Source: a candidate division WOR-3 bacterium (lineage in GTDB: Bacteria > Hydrothermota > Tepidihabitantia > SM23-42 > JAOAFX01). Taken from it: a stretch of 64,000 nt of DNA. The notes below the pieces were generated by a model, which did not search any database, had not been told where the DNA came from, and saw only the letters and a program-made list of their open reading frames with translations. The position numbers and the translations under genes are program-made. The DNA is taken from the NCBI GenBank assembly GCA_965649105.1, contig CBFGJP010000001.1:14464-78463 (forward strand), given 5' to 3'. Positions 1-9,264 of the stretch are shown here, in pieces; position 1 is the first letter of the stretch; each line of letters begins with the position of its first letter.

Positions 1-421
1 TATGATAATTGGGGTCAAGGTCATTAAAGATTGCATAGCCATCTTCAGGTGAAATCGGAGTAAAGGGATAATCTAAATCAGTTGAAAAATAGACCCGCCA
101 TTGTGCATCATTAGGATTTGAATAGGGAATGCCCGGTGTAAATTCATGCTCTGCGCCATGTGGCCCATATCCAATTGTCACAAGTGTATCACCATTTGGT
201 GCAATGGCACCAACCCATATTCCCGCACCAAAGATATAATTATGACCCGAACCCCTGGGCCAATAGGCACCAACATTGCCGGAAAGTGTCTGCCCGAACT
301 TCCCGAAGTTTGAGATACAAACCTCCCATTGACCAATTTTATTGATTTTAATATCCCAGATTGCCCAGGAGAGATTTATTATTACGAGAAAGACAAATAA
401 GAACACTTTTATTTTTCCCAT
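1..421 (-). CDS. secreted hypothetical protein, N-terminal part (gene continues beyond window start)
   Basis: ATG at 421..419 is preceded by GAGGGAGG RBS. Translation MGKIKVFLFVFLVIINLSWA... has a signal-peptide-like N-terminus and an open frame to position 1. No stop codon in window. Confidence 0.5.
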   Translation of the reverse strand, partial: MGKIKVFLFVFLVIINLSWAIWDIKINKIGQWEVCISNFGKFGQTLSGNVGAYWPRGSGHNYIFGAGIWVGAIAPNGDTLVTIGYGPHGAEHEFTPGIPYSNPNDAQWRVYFSTDLDYPFTPISPEDGYAIFNDLDPNYH

Positions 422-443
422 CTTAATCCTCCCTCTTTACTTA

Positions 444-473
444 ATTATAATATATTTTTTATAAAAAAGTCAA
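444..473 (-). promoter_or_regulatory. sigma70-type promoter TTGACT-N17-TTATAAT upstream of the partial gene at 1..421
   Basis: On minus strand TTGACT (473..468), 17-nt spacer, TTATAAT (450..444), then RBS and ATG. Confidence 0.55.
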
Positions 474-821
474 GGGTCATTTTACCTGAGTCCGCTATAT
501 TTTTTCACTTGTTAATCTCCTTAATCTCCCTTTTCTTAGGGATTTTGTCGTAAAATGTAGCATTGCCATTTATGGCACTAAAAATCCTAAGGAATTTCAT
601 TATGTTTTTACAGATTAAGGTCTCCCACTAAAAAGAAAATGAGAGAGTCCAAAAGGAAATAAGAAGATTAATCAGGAAATGACGCCAAGTTTGGTGTTAT
701 TATTGATATTTAAATGATACGGCTAAAAGGGGCGAAAAAAGGCTAAATGAGACGAAAAGGACAAAACGAATGACAGAGGGCAAAATGGTGAAATAGGGGT
801 GAACAAATATGTAAAGTTAAA

Positions 822-1988
822 CTACTTGATAAACACTATCCTTCTCATTTTATTACCAGGGGTCTTTATGAAATATACACCCGTATTGAGAGACCTATCA
901 GGTTTCCAGATGCCTGGAATAACTATTTCGGCAATCTTCTTTCCGGTAATATCAAAAATCTCTGCACCACGATCTTTTCCGATTATTCTCAAGGATTTGG
1001 TAAATGGATTGGGATAGACTGAAATATCATATTCTCTATCATCTATCTTTTTCTGTTCTTTCACTCCAACCCCTTCATATCGGACTTCAACCGTATCCAT
1101 TGTAGGATGTCCTTTTATGGAATCTCCAAAACAATAATGATAATTCCACGATGTTGTATCATTTCTCAAGTAGCGCTGGAAGAATGCGGTCATATGCCGG
1201 CGGGCAATTCTTTGTTGTTCAGCGCGGGTTATAGTTGCAGTTCCACCGTTTTCCCAAGAATATGAATAGTCCATAAAGTATCCATGATTTGCCCCATGGA
1301 TAACGGCGAATGTGCCGGGTGCTGGTGCATTCTGCCAGTATGCAGTGCGGACATCATTCCAGGGTGCAATATTATCAACTGAACCTGCGATAATCATCTT
1401 CGGTGTTATCAGGTGTTCGGAATGGGTTGCCGGTGTTGTCTGGGGACTTGCCAGTGATACGACTGCCCTCAGTGTATCAACGAGTTTAAATGTATCAGCA
1501 GCAAGAAGTGCCAGGCCACCACCCATACTGTGTCCGGTAAATCCCCATTTGAATCGTGCGAGTTTGTTATAAAAAATATCAGTTGAGACGGTATCCCTGC
1601 TTGCAGTCCAGCGCGCTGCGTCCATCATTGAATGTGCACGGGTATAGTGTTCAGGTGTTGGAAATGGATTGGAAATGGTGGGCAGGACTACAACATAGCC
1701 CCAGGATGCAAGATGCTGTGCATAACTATAATACCGGTCAATACCCATCTGGAATCCATGACCAAAGATGATTATCGGACAGGGCACAGCAGAAGGATTC
1801 ACCTGTCCCCCTGAAGAAGGATAATAGATCCGAGAGTTGTTCATTGTCTCATAGAGACCAGGGATATTTTCGGTCCGGTAAGAGACGGTTGGAAATGGAC
1901 CGGTAGTATCATAATCCGGATACTGGGAAAAGATTGGTTTAATAAATAAAAAGAGAACAATTAACACAACAAAAATAAATTTTCTCAT
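822..1988 (-). CDS. secreted alpha/beta hydrolase, cutinase/PETase-like (dienelactone-hydrolase-type) esterase with T9SS C-terminal sorting domain
   Basis: N-terminal signal peptide. GHSMGGG nucleophile elbow as in Thermobifida cutinases and Ideonella PETase (GHSMGGGG/GWSMGGGG). Downstream Asp and a His in the HGANHGYF region. Last ~80 aa form a T9SS CTD (…GVYFIKTPGNKMRRIVFIK). Confidence 0.6.
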   Translation of the reverse strand: MRKFIFVVLIVLFLFIKPIFSQYPDYDTTGPFPTVSYRTENIPGLYETMNNSRIYYPSSGGQVNPSAVPCPIIIFGHGFQMGIDRYYSYAQHLASWGYVVVLPTISNPFPTPEHYTRAHSMMDAARWTASRDTVSTDIFYNKLARFKWGFTGHSMGGGLALLAADTFKLVDTLRAVVSLASPQTTPATHSEHLITPKMIIAGSVDNIAPWNDVRTAYWQNAPAPGTFAVIHGANHGYFMDYSYSWENGGTATITRAEQQRIARRHMTAFFQRYLRNDTTSWNYHYCFGDSIKGHPTMDTVEVRYEGVGVKEQKKIDDREYDISVYPNPFTKSLRIIGKDRGAEIFDITGKKIAEIVIPGIWKPDRSLNTGVYFIKTPGNKMRRIVFIK

Positions 1989-1997
1989 AGTCGCCCC

Positions 1998-2513
1998 TCA
2001 ATATTCAACGAGGGAAAATATTTCATAATCTCTTAGTTTCTCGGTGCCGCTGAGATAGGTTAAATTGGCAATGAAGGCGCAGGCAATCACCTTACCACCG
2101 AGGGTCTCCACAAGTTTGCACGCCGCAAGCATCGTGCCACCGGTCGCAAGAACATCATCAAAAAGCAATACCCTCTCTCCTTTTTCTATTCCATCTTTAT
2201 GTATCTCAATGGTATTCTTCCCGTATTCTAATTCATATTCCATTTTTACGGTCTCTGCAGGCAGTTTGCCGAGTTTGCGCACCGGCACAATACCACAGCC
2301 AAGGTTATATGCAATAGCACCACCAAAGATATAACCCCTTGCCTCAATGGAAACAACCTTATCAATCTTTGCATCTTTGTATTTATTAACAATCGTATCA
2401 ATGGAGTATTTAAACGCCTCCGGATCTTTCAATATTGTTGTTATATCACGAAACATAACTCCTTTTTGGGGAAAGTCAGGGATATCGCGGATAAATCTCT
2501 TAAGTTCCATCAA
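1998..2513 (-). CDS. apt: adenine phosphoribosyltransferase
   Basis: 171 aa. PRTase motif VLLFDDVLATGGT. Typical Apt N-terminus (LKRFIRDIPDFPQKGVMFRDIT). Confidence 0.85.
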   Translation of the reverse strand: MMELKRFIRDIPDFPQKGVMFRDITTILKDPEAFKYSIDTIVNKYKDAKIDKVVSIEARGYIFGGAIAYNLGCGIVPVRKLGKLPAETVKMEYELEYGKNTIEIHKDGIEKGERVLLFDDVLATGGTMLAACKLVETLGGKVIACAFIANLTYLSGTEKLRDYEIFSLVEY

Positions 2514-2569
2514 ACCTCCTTACACTGATTATATATAACTAATGGAAATTGTCAATTTTCAGTCAGATT

Positions 2570-4159
2570 TTATCTTATTAAAATAAATTTGCCATTTATG
2601 CCTTCTTTTCTGATGAAATATACACCTTCAGATAACGAAGAAAGGTCTATTTTTATACTGTGATGACCGGAACTCAAATTTTCGGTCCTGATCTTTTTTA
2701 CAACCCGACCCTCGGCATTATAAATAGTAACTGTGCTGCTTTCATTTATGTCGATTTCAAGTAAGATATCTTTAGAAGCGACATTCGGTCTTATCATTGG
2801 TAAGACGACAGTATTCACCCTGCGGTTTTCTTTCGCACCAACATTTTCTACTACCCCAACGTATGTATCCTGGTTGCCATTCCTTGTATCAGTCCAGATC
2901 GGTATTGTATTTCCCTTTGAAGCCGCTGCGAGGCCATTATATTCACCAATCAAACCAGCCCTTTGGTCAACAAGGGGCTTATTTGGGTTGTAAGGTTCAA
3001 ATTCAGCAACCGAACCTGCCCTTAAATCAAAAGAGACATTGGTTACACGCACATTAGGAAGCCAGGTATTTCCTCCATCAGTTGATTGAGCAAGATATAC
3101 ATCACAGAGGATATTGTTGGGGTCATTTCTTGAATCGTAAAAAATCACAGAAATGCATCCTGTGCGGTCTACAGTGAGCCAGGGATGAAACTGGTCTATA
3201 TGATTTCCAATAGGGTCATCATTTATTCTGACCTTTTGACTCCAGGTATTTCCTCCGTCTGTGGAACGGGTAAAAAACATATCTGGATAGCCATCAATTC
3301 CATTGTCCATATAGGCAATATAGATATAACCCCGGTATGGCCCATTAGTTATATCAACATCCATAGCAGGATAGGAGAATGTCATTATCGTTCCCTTAAC
3401 ATAACGATTCATTGAGGCAATACTTTGGACTGTTTTATCGGTTCCAAATGAAAGACCACCATTTGTGGAACGGTCAAACTTTATTGAATTGTAAGTGCAC
3501 CAGGCAACATAAACCTCACCGTTTGGACCAACTGCGGGCACCGGCCATTGGAGATTTCCCTGTGTGTCACTAATTTGAATCGGGGTTGACCAGTTATAAC
3601 CCTGGTTGGTTGAACGGGTGAAATATATTGCCGGTGTGGAAAAATTAAGGAACCTTGCCCAGGCAACATAGAGATAACCACGATATGGGCTATTCGTTCT
3701 ATCACAGGCAATCAGTTCTTTATCTTCAAATACATTTTGAACGCCGTTCACCACGGTCCTCGGCAAACTCCAGGTGAGCCCTTTGTCGGTTGACTGGAAT
3801 AGAAAAAATCCGTTCGGTTGGGAAGTTGAATTAAAAGATAGAACTATCGCATAAAAATTGCCATCAGCATCAACCGTCATTCCCGGATCAGAATCCCAGT
3901 TATAGGTCGGTTCAACAAAAAGGGTCTCCGCAATCCAGGTTCTTCCTCCATCCAGTGATGCTGCATGACCAACCTGACGGTATCCGACACGAAAATCCCG
4001 CCAGTTCGCAACCAGATTTAAGGTATCATTAGGATTTATCACAATTTGTTGTTCATTCTGAATCTGGGTTGTGTTGTCGGTATTGACTTTGATGTTAAGA
4101 AAACCCTCGCTGAATAAAAGATGACAGAGCATCGCAATAAACGCAACAATTTTAATCAT
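2570..4159 (-). CDS. BNR/Asp-box repeat protein (sialidase/sortilin-like beta-propeller) with T9SS C-terminal sorting domain
   Basis: Signal peptide. Multiple S-x-D-x-G-x-T-W Asp-box repeats (SLDGGRTW, STDKGLTW, STNGGLSF, STDGGNTW x2). C-terminal T9SS CTD (…GVYFIRKEGINGKFILIR). Confidence 0.65.
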   Translation of the reverse strand: MIKIVAFIAMLCHLLFSEGFLNIKVNTDNTTQIQNEQQIVINPNDTLNLVANWRDFRVGYRQVGHAASLDGGRTWIAETLFVEPTYNWDSDPGMTVDADGNFYAIVLSFNSTSQPNGFFLFQSTDKGLTWSLPRTVVNGVQNVFEDKELIACDRTNSPYRGYLYVAWARFLNFSTPAIYFTRSTNQGYNWSTPIQISDTQGNLQWPVPAVGPNGEVYVAWCTYNSIKFDRSTNGGLSFGTDKTVQSIASMNRYVKGTIMTFSYPAMDVDITNGPYRGYIYIAYMDNGIDGYPDMFFTRSTDGGNTWSQKVRINDDPIGNHIDQFHPWLTVDRTGCISVIFYDSRNDPNNILCDVYLAQSTDGGNTWLPNVRVTNVSFDLRAGSVAEFEPYNPNKPLVDQRAGLIGEYNGLAAASKGNTIPIWTDTRNGNQDTYVGVVENVGAKENRRVNTVVLPMIRPNVASKDILLEIDINESSTVTIYNAEGRVVKKIRTENLSSGHHSIKIDLSSLSEGVYFIRKEGINGKFILIR

Positions 4160-4299
4160 AAAAACCTCCTAAATAATTGCTCCCGTAAAATTATACTGAA
4201 TAAATCAAAGAAATCAAGGTCGCGATTATTCCGAGAAGTCTTTCATACTGATGACATACCACGAATTGTTTTTCTTTCCGAACCTATGATTCATAATAC

Positions 4300-4578
4300 C
4301 TAAAATTTGACACTGAAATTTGTATATCCTTTTTCTTTCTCAGAAAATTTTACACTAACCTTCGTTACCTTTGCTGCCCTCGGACCGATTTTTAATTCCT
4401 TTATAAAATCATTCAACATCCCCTTTTCACCTTCAGCGACGACGAAGACGCTTCCATCAGGAAGATTTTGAACATATCCAGTTATTCCGTATTCCCTTGC
4501 TTTTTGAATTGCAAAAAACCTATAGCCAACTCCCTGCACAACGCCCTGTATAATTACTTCGGCATGCATTTTGACCAA
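4300..4578 (-). CDS. acyP: acylphosphatase
   Basis: 92 aa. VQGVGYR and GYVQNLPDGSV motifs. Confidence 0.8.
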   Translation of the reverse strand: MVKMHAEVIIQGVVQGVGYRFFAIQKAREYGITGYVQNLPDGSVFVVAEGEKGMLNDFIKELKIGPRAAKVTKVSVKFSEKEKGYTNFSVKF

Positions 4579-4707
4579 ATTGTTATTCGTTATACGGTTT
4601 TGCTGCCTGTATCGTTATAAGTTGTAGTCTTGAAGTTTGTAACCAAAAATATAAAACAAAAAACGATACCGACTGCCACCCCTTACAACCTTTAACGCAA
4701 AACATTC

Positions 4708-5166
4708 TTAACCTTCAGTATGTTCAAATGCCTTTTCCACTGCCTGCTTTGCGGTTTTAACATGGATTATCGGAGCATCTATCTTCCAGGTGTTGATGCC
4801 AATCACCGGCACATTGAACATTAAACAGTAGGCGATTTCAGAGAGTGTTCCATATTTTCCGTCAATCGCAATAGCACAATCACAGGTACGGGCAATGATG
4901 ATATTGCGTGCCTGGTTCATTCCAGTTACGATTGGTATATCAACATATTCATTGGCAGTCCGTTTGTCTGTTCCAGGTAGAATTCCAATCACAAGACCAC
5001 CTGCCTCTTTTGCACCCCTTGATGCGGCTTCCATTACCCCACCAAGTCCACCGGTTATTAAGATTGCTCCATTTTTGGCAATCAAAGAACCAACCTCTTC
5101 GGCAATTTTAAGATTTTTATCGCTGGTCTCAGAACCGCCGATTACTGCAATTAATTTTTTAGTCAT
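4708..5166 (-). CDS. LOG-family / TIGR00725-type Rossmann-fold protein (putative nucleotide 5'-monophosphate nucleosidase)
   Basis: 152 aa. ITGGLGGVMEAASRGA and DGKYGTLSE motifs typical of LOG/DprA-like fold. Confidence 0.5.
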   Translation of the reverse strand: MTKKLIAVIGGSETSDKNLKIAEEVGSLIAKNGAILITGGLGGVMEAASRGAKEAGGLVIGILPGTDKRTANEYVDIPIVTGMNQARNIIIARTCDCAIAIDGKYGTLSEIAYCLMFNVPVIGINTWKIDAPIIHVKTAKQAVEKAFEHTEG

Positions 5167-5230
5167 ATTATTCCTTATTCATATTTATTAACGAGATTGA
5201 AATCTCTACTACATTATTTGTTTTTAAAAA

Positions 5231-5304
5231 TCGGGGCGGTGGGATTTGAACCCACGACCTCATGGTCCCGAACCATGCGCGCTAAACCACTGCGCCACAC
5301 CCCG
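5231..5304 (-). tRNA. tRNA-Pro (anticodon CGG)
   Basis: Reverse complement folds as cloverleaf. Acceptor CGGGGTG/CGCCCCG, D arm GCGC-AGTGGTTTA-GCGC, anticodon stem CATGG/CCATG with loop TTCGGGA, T arm GTGGG-TTCAAAT-CCCAC, discriminator A. No encoded CCA. Confidence 0.85.
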
Positions 5305-5339
5305 ATTATAATAAATACCTAAAAGTCCAAAAAATGTTT

Positions 5340-5996
5340 TTATTTCTCTTCCCAGCCTTCTTTCCCCACAAGCGGAACAAAGGTACATTCAAAAAGTTCC
5401 TTTCTTGTTATTACCCCTTTATGTTTTTTTATTACATTCAAGGTCTGAAAATATTCGCCACCGATTGGAATCACCAATCTCCCTTTATCCGCCAACTGGT
5501 CAATCAATGCCCTGGGCGTTTCTGGAGCGCCTGCTGTAACAAGTATTCCATCATAAGGTGCATAATCAGGCCAGCCCACACTACCATCACCGATCAAAAA
5601 ATTAATATTATTGAATCCAAGTTCATTAAGAATCTTTCTTGCGCGAAAACTCAATTCAGAAATTCTTTCAATTGTAAAAACCCGATTACACAGTAGCGCA
5701 AGTATTGCAGTCTGATAACCCGAACCAGTGCCAATTTCCAATACCGATTCATTTCCCTTTAATTCCAGCAATTCCGTCATCACTGCCACCATATATGGCT
5801 GGCTTATCGTCTGGCCATTACCAATCGGTAGCGGATAATCATTATACGCCTGATGATAATAAGTTTTATCAACAAACGAATGGCGGGGAACACGCATCAT
5901 TGCATCAATTACCCTTTCATCTTTTACGCCGCGGGCAATAATCTGTTCCTTGACCATCCGCTCCCTTTCCACCCGCCATTCTATAACCTCAATCAC
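5340..5996 (-). CDS. pcm: protein-L-isoaspartate O-methyltransferase
   Basis: SAM-binding motif [16 protein letters not shown]. Conserved PIMT N-terminus. GTG start in the ORF track; the true start may be the internal Met (MVKEQ...). Confidence 0.8.
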   Translation of the reverse strand: MIEVIEWRVERERMVKEQIIARGVKDERVIDAMMRVPRHSFVDKTYYHQAYNDYPLPIGNGQTISQPYMVAVMTELLELKGNESVLEIGTGSGYQTAILALLCNRVFTIERISELSFRARKILNELGFNNINFLIGDGSVGWPDYAPYDGILVTAGAPETPRALIDQLADKGRLVIPIGGEYFQTLNVIKKHKGVITRKELFECTFVPLVGKEGWEEK

Positions 5997-6286
5997 TTAT
6001 ATAGAATATTTAAAATAAAAGAAAAGTCAAGATAGAGAGGAAATATTTTCAATTTTTATTCTGTAATTGAGCAACTTCTTTGTCACTAAATTGTTAAAAA
6101 GTTCATAGAAGATATTTAATGAGCGATTACTACATTTATAAATTTCTAATTATTGTAAATTTCTATTTAGAGTAAAATCTGATACTACATTTTTAAAAAA
6201 GTTTGTAGATCATTTCTTTCTTAAGAAACAAAGAAAGTATAATTTGGTTTGAGGAAGGGCAGAAGAAAATAGAGTAATACAAGAAA

Positions 6287-6314
6287 TTGACAACGGGATT
6301 TTACTGACTAAAAT
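6287..6314 (+). promoter_or_regulatory. promoter TTGACA-N16-TAAAAT positioned for a leaderless transcript of the 6320 gene
   Basis: TTGACA 6287..6292, TAAAAT 6309..6314. ATG at 6320 is only 5 nt after the -10 box and has no SD. Confidence 0.5.
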
Positions 6315-6319
6315 TAAGT

Positions 6320-6922
6320 ATGGATAGAGAAAAGAGAAGGTTACGCGAAGAGATTTGGCGGGTACTGGAAGAGAAAAAAGTTGCCCGATTTCCATTGCCA
6401 TTAAAGGACCGAATTCCAAATTTTGAAAATTCAGAAAAGGCAGCACTACTGCTTGCAACACTCCAGGAGTGGAAGGATGCAAAAATCATCTTTGCCAATC
6501 CTGACTATGCCCAGAAACCCGTGAGGGAGATTTGCCTTAAACAGGGAAAGACCTTGATTATGGCAACACCCAAACTGAAAGAAGGTTTTATAAAGATTGA
6601 ACCGCAGAAAGTCAAAGGCAAAGAATATGAAGCATCAACGATTGCGGGTGCATTCAAGTATGGGATAAAAATAAAGGAACTCATAAGACCAGATTTAATC
6701 ATCACCGGTTGTGTTGCAGTTGACAAAGAAGGCTGGCGCCTGGGCAAGGGTGGTGGGTATGGGGATAGGGAGATTTCAATGCATCTTGAGAAGTTCGGCA
6801 GAATCCCTGTAGCAACTACGCTCCATAAATTACAGATTGTTGATAAAGTCCCACACAATAGATTTGATACAAGAGTAGATTACATTGTTACACCAGATAG
6901 CATAATAAAAATTCCCAAGTGA
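6320..6922 (+). CDS. 5-formyltetrahydrofolate cyclo-ligase family protein
   Basis: 200 aa. GKGGGYGDR motif (family GxGGGYYD) and overall 5-FCL length. Confidence 0.7.
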   Translation: MDREKRRLREEIWRVLEEKKVARFPLPLKDRIPNFENSEKAALLLATLQEWKDAKIIFANPDYAQKPVREICLKQGKTLIMATPKLKEGFIKIEPQKVKGKEYEASTIAGAFKYGIKIKELIRPDLIITGCVAVDKEGWRLGKGGGYGDREISMHLEKFGRIPVATTLHKLQIVDKVPHNRFDTRVDYIVTPDSIIKIPK

Positions 6923-6964
6923 TTCTTGACAAATATGTTGTAGTAATTATAATTTAAATTAGCG

Positions 6965-7981
6965 ATGGTTTATTTTTTTATCATTTCTTTCTCTTTAGAT
7001 TGGGGTTACATACCCGTGAAGGTGAATCTTGGATATTCAAATCAGTATATGACAATCGCCCATTTTTCAGCGAGCACGCTGGGGCTGCACAGTGAATTAA
7101 TTACACTCGGTGTATCATTATATGGCCAGGAGAATTTCTTCTATGAACATCGTAATGGTAGAATTAAAACTGATTTTCCAACCTGGGAAGATTCAATTGA
7201 TTTAATAATACGCTATAGAAATCTGTTTTCCCAATATATCTTCAATGCCGAATTACATCCCTTAAAGAGAATACCATTTTTTATAAGAATTGAAGGTTCA
7301 TTATGGGCAAGGGCGAGAATTGACCATTGGATTGTATCAGAGATTATTTCTGAAAATCCAATCAAATTTTATGATTATGCCTTATATGAATTGTATCCTA
7401 AAGGATATAAGAGATTGTCCATAGGTATTGAACCGCTAACATTATTTAATTCTGAGATTTTTGTTGAAGCAGGTATTATGAATATAAGTTATCCAAAAAT
7501 AGATGTGAAAGAAATAAATACCGCATTCAACCAATTATATCTTTCAGTCGGGACAAACTTTCTGCATAAGAGGACAAATAATAGATTGCCCTGGGAGATC
7601 GCGCTTGCCACCGGGATTGATGCGACAGCAACTGGAACCTTCACGCTAACTTATGTCTGGAATGAAAGGTATATGAAAGATTGGCAATTGTCTATACTCG
7701 GTGGTCTATCTGTAGTTTCGGGTGCCGGGTGTGGTTATTTCCAGCATTATGTAAAAAGATTATGGTTAAAACCAGAGGATAAATTCTGGAGTAAAGCATT
7801 AAAAAAGGGTGGGGTGGGACTGGCTTCAGGATTGATCTATGAATTGGCGATGATTTCTGGTTATATATATGCAAGCCGTGATTGGCCCCATAATGGCGAT
7901 TATATGGTGCGTGATTTTGCTTATCTCTCTATTATAAAGATTGTTTTTTTGGGACATTTATTAACAAGTTTGGTATTCTGA
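6965..7981 (+). CDS. hypothetical protein (possible outer-membrane beta-barrel; ends in aromatic residue)
   Basis: 338 aa. Alternating hydrophobic pattern, C-terminal ...TSLVF. No recognisable catalytic motifs. Confidence 0.4.
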   Translation: MVYFFIISFSLDWGYIPVKVNLGYSNQYMTIAHFSASTLGLHSELITLGVSLYGQENFFYEHRNGRIKTDFPTWEDSIDLIIRYRNLFSQYIFNAELHPLKRIPFFIRIEGSLWARARIDHWIVSEIISENPIKFYDYALYELYPKGYKRLSIGIEPLTLFNSEIFVEAGIMNISYPKIDVKEINTAFNQLYLSVGTNFLHKRTNNRLPWEIALATGIDATATGTFTLTYVWNERYMKDWQLSILGGLSVVSGAGCGYFQHYVKRLWLKPEDKFWSKALKKGGVGLASGLIYELAMISGYIYASRDWPHNGDYMVRDFAYLSIIKIVFLGHLLTSLVF

Positions 7982-7986
7982 TATTT

Positions 7987-9264
7987 TTATACGATCTCTC
8001 CAATCGGTGTTCTGCCTTTTATTTTGGTGATGAGGACATTATGGATAGCACCGGGTTTTATCTCCTTTTCTACAATCACATCCTTGTTTCCCCTATTCTT
8101 TCCCCGAGTGCCATTTTCTGTTTTCTCTTCAAATAGGACCTCATAGACCCGACCCAGCATCTGTCCGGTCTTCTTGATGATTATCTCATTTTGAGTATTG
8201 ATGAGAATTTGTAGACGTTTTTTTATAACTTCTTCCGGAAGGGATGGATATTCGCTTGCCCGGGTCCCGGGTCGGACTGAATAGCGATACATATATGCAT
8301 CGTCAAATTCAATCTTTTTTACCAGCTCAATCGTCTCATAGAATTCTTCTTCAGTTTCCGTCGGAAATCCAACGATGATATCGGTCGTGATTGTAGCATC
8401 AGGAAGATTCTCCCTTATTTTTTTAATGATTCTTAAATAATCTTCTTTTGTATATTTTCTATTCATCAACTTTAAGATTCTATTGTTTCCTGATTGTAGA
8501 GGCAGGTGAAACCACTCACAGATATTTTTATTCTCTTTTATCACTTTTATTATTTCATCATCAAAATCTTTGGGATGTGAAGTTAGAAATCTTAACCTGA
8601 ATATGTTTGTTTTCTGGGCAACGAGTTTCAAGAGTTCAGGGAATTTTATTCCATCATAATAATATTCATTTACATTCTGACCGAGAAGTGTTATATCTTT
8701 TACACCGGCTTCAACAAGATGGTTTACTTCTTTAATAATATCTTCAACCGGCCTGGAGCGCAATCTTCCCCGCACAAAGGGGACGATACAATATGAGCAA
8801 TAATTATCGCAGCCGCGGGTTATGGAGACGAAATCGGAAATCTTTTTTGATTTCCTGCATATACCGGCATATAATTCTTTGCCAACTTCGGTCTCAATAA
8901 TCTTGGTCTTTTGATTTGTCAGAACTTTTATATATGCAGGAATTTTTTGGTATGAATCAGGGCCGAGGACAAGGTCAACAAATGGATATCGGGTGATAAT
9001 CTCATCAGCAAGCCTTTTTGCCATACAGCCGACTATGCCGAGAACAATGCCTTTTTCCTCGCGCCATTTTTTTAATGTTGAGATATAACCAAGTGCCCGC
9101 TGTTCAGCGTGTTCCCGGACTGAGCAGGTATTAATGAAGACCATATCCGCTTCGGCAATACTTTCTGCCGGCATACAATTTTCTTCAATAAGAATCTCCT
9201 GTATAATATCCGAGTCATTCTTATTCATCTGGCAGCCAAATGTCTTGATATAGAATTTATACAT
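7987..9264 (-). CDS. miaB: tRNA-2-methylthio-N6-dimethylallyladenosine synthase (radical SAM methylthiotransferase)
   Basis: N-terminal FGCQMNKNDSD (MiaB signature). Radical SAM CSYCIVPFVRG. C-terminal TRAM domain. Confidence 0.8.
   Translation of the reverse strand: MYKFYIKTFGCQMNKNDSDIIQEILIEENCMPAESIAEADMVFINTCSVREHAEQRALGYISTLKKWREEKGIVLGIVGCMAKRLADEIITRYPFVDLVLGPDSYQKIPAYIKVLTNQKTKIIETEVGKELYAGICRKSKKISDFVSITRGCDNYCSYCIVPFVRGRLRSRPVEDIIKEVNHLVEAGVKDITLLGQNVNEYYYDGIKFPELLKLVAQKTNIFRLRFLTSHPKDFDDEIIKVIKENKNICEWFHLPLQSGNNRILKLMNRKYTKEDYLRIIKKIRENLPDATITTDIIVGFPTETEEEFYETIELVKKIEFDDAYMYRYSVRPGTRASEYPSLPEEVIKKRLQILINTQNEIIIKKTGQMLGRVYEVLFEEKTENGTRGKNRGNKDVIVEKEIKPGAIHNVLITKIKGRTPIGEIV

Noticed and set aside
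160-345. 61-aa plus-strand ORF
   Set aside because: Antisense to the partial secreted-protein gene (1..421), whose translation is far more protein-like.
721-810. Purine-rich periodic tract as a CRISPR or tandem-repeat array
   Set aside because: Units are short, non-identical and not separated by unique spacers. No cas genes.
799-1017. 72-aa plus-strand ORF
   Set aside because: Overlaps the C-terminal T9SS domain of the minus-strand hydrolase. No RBS or motif support.
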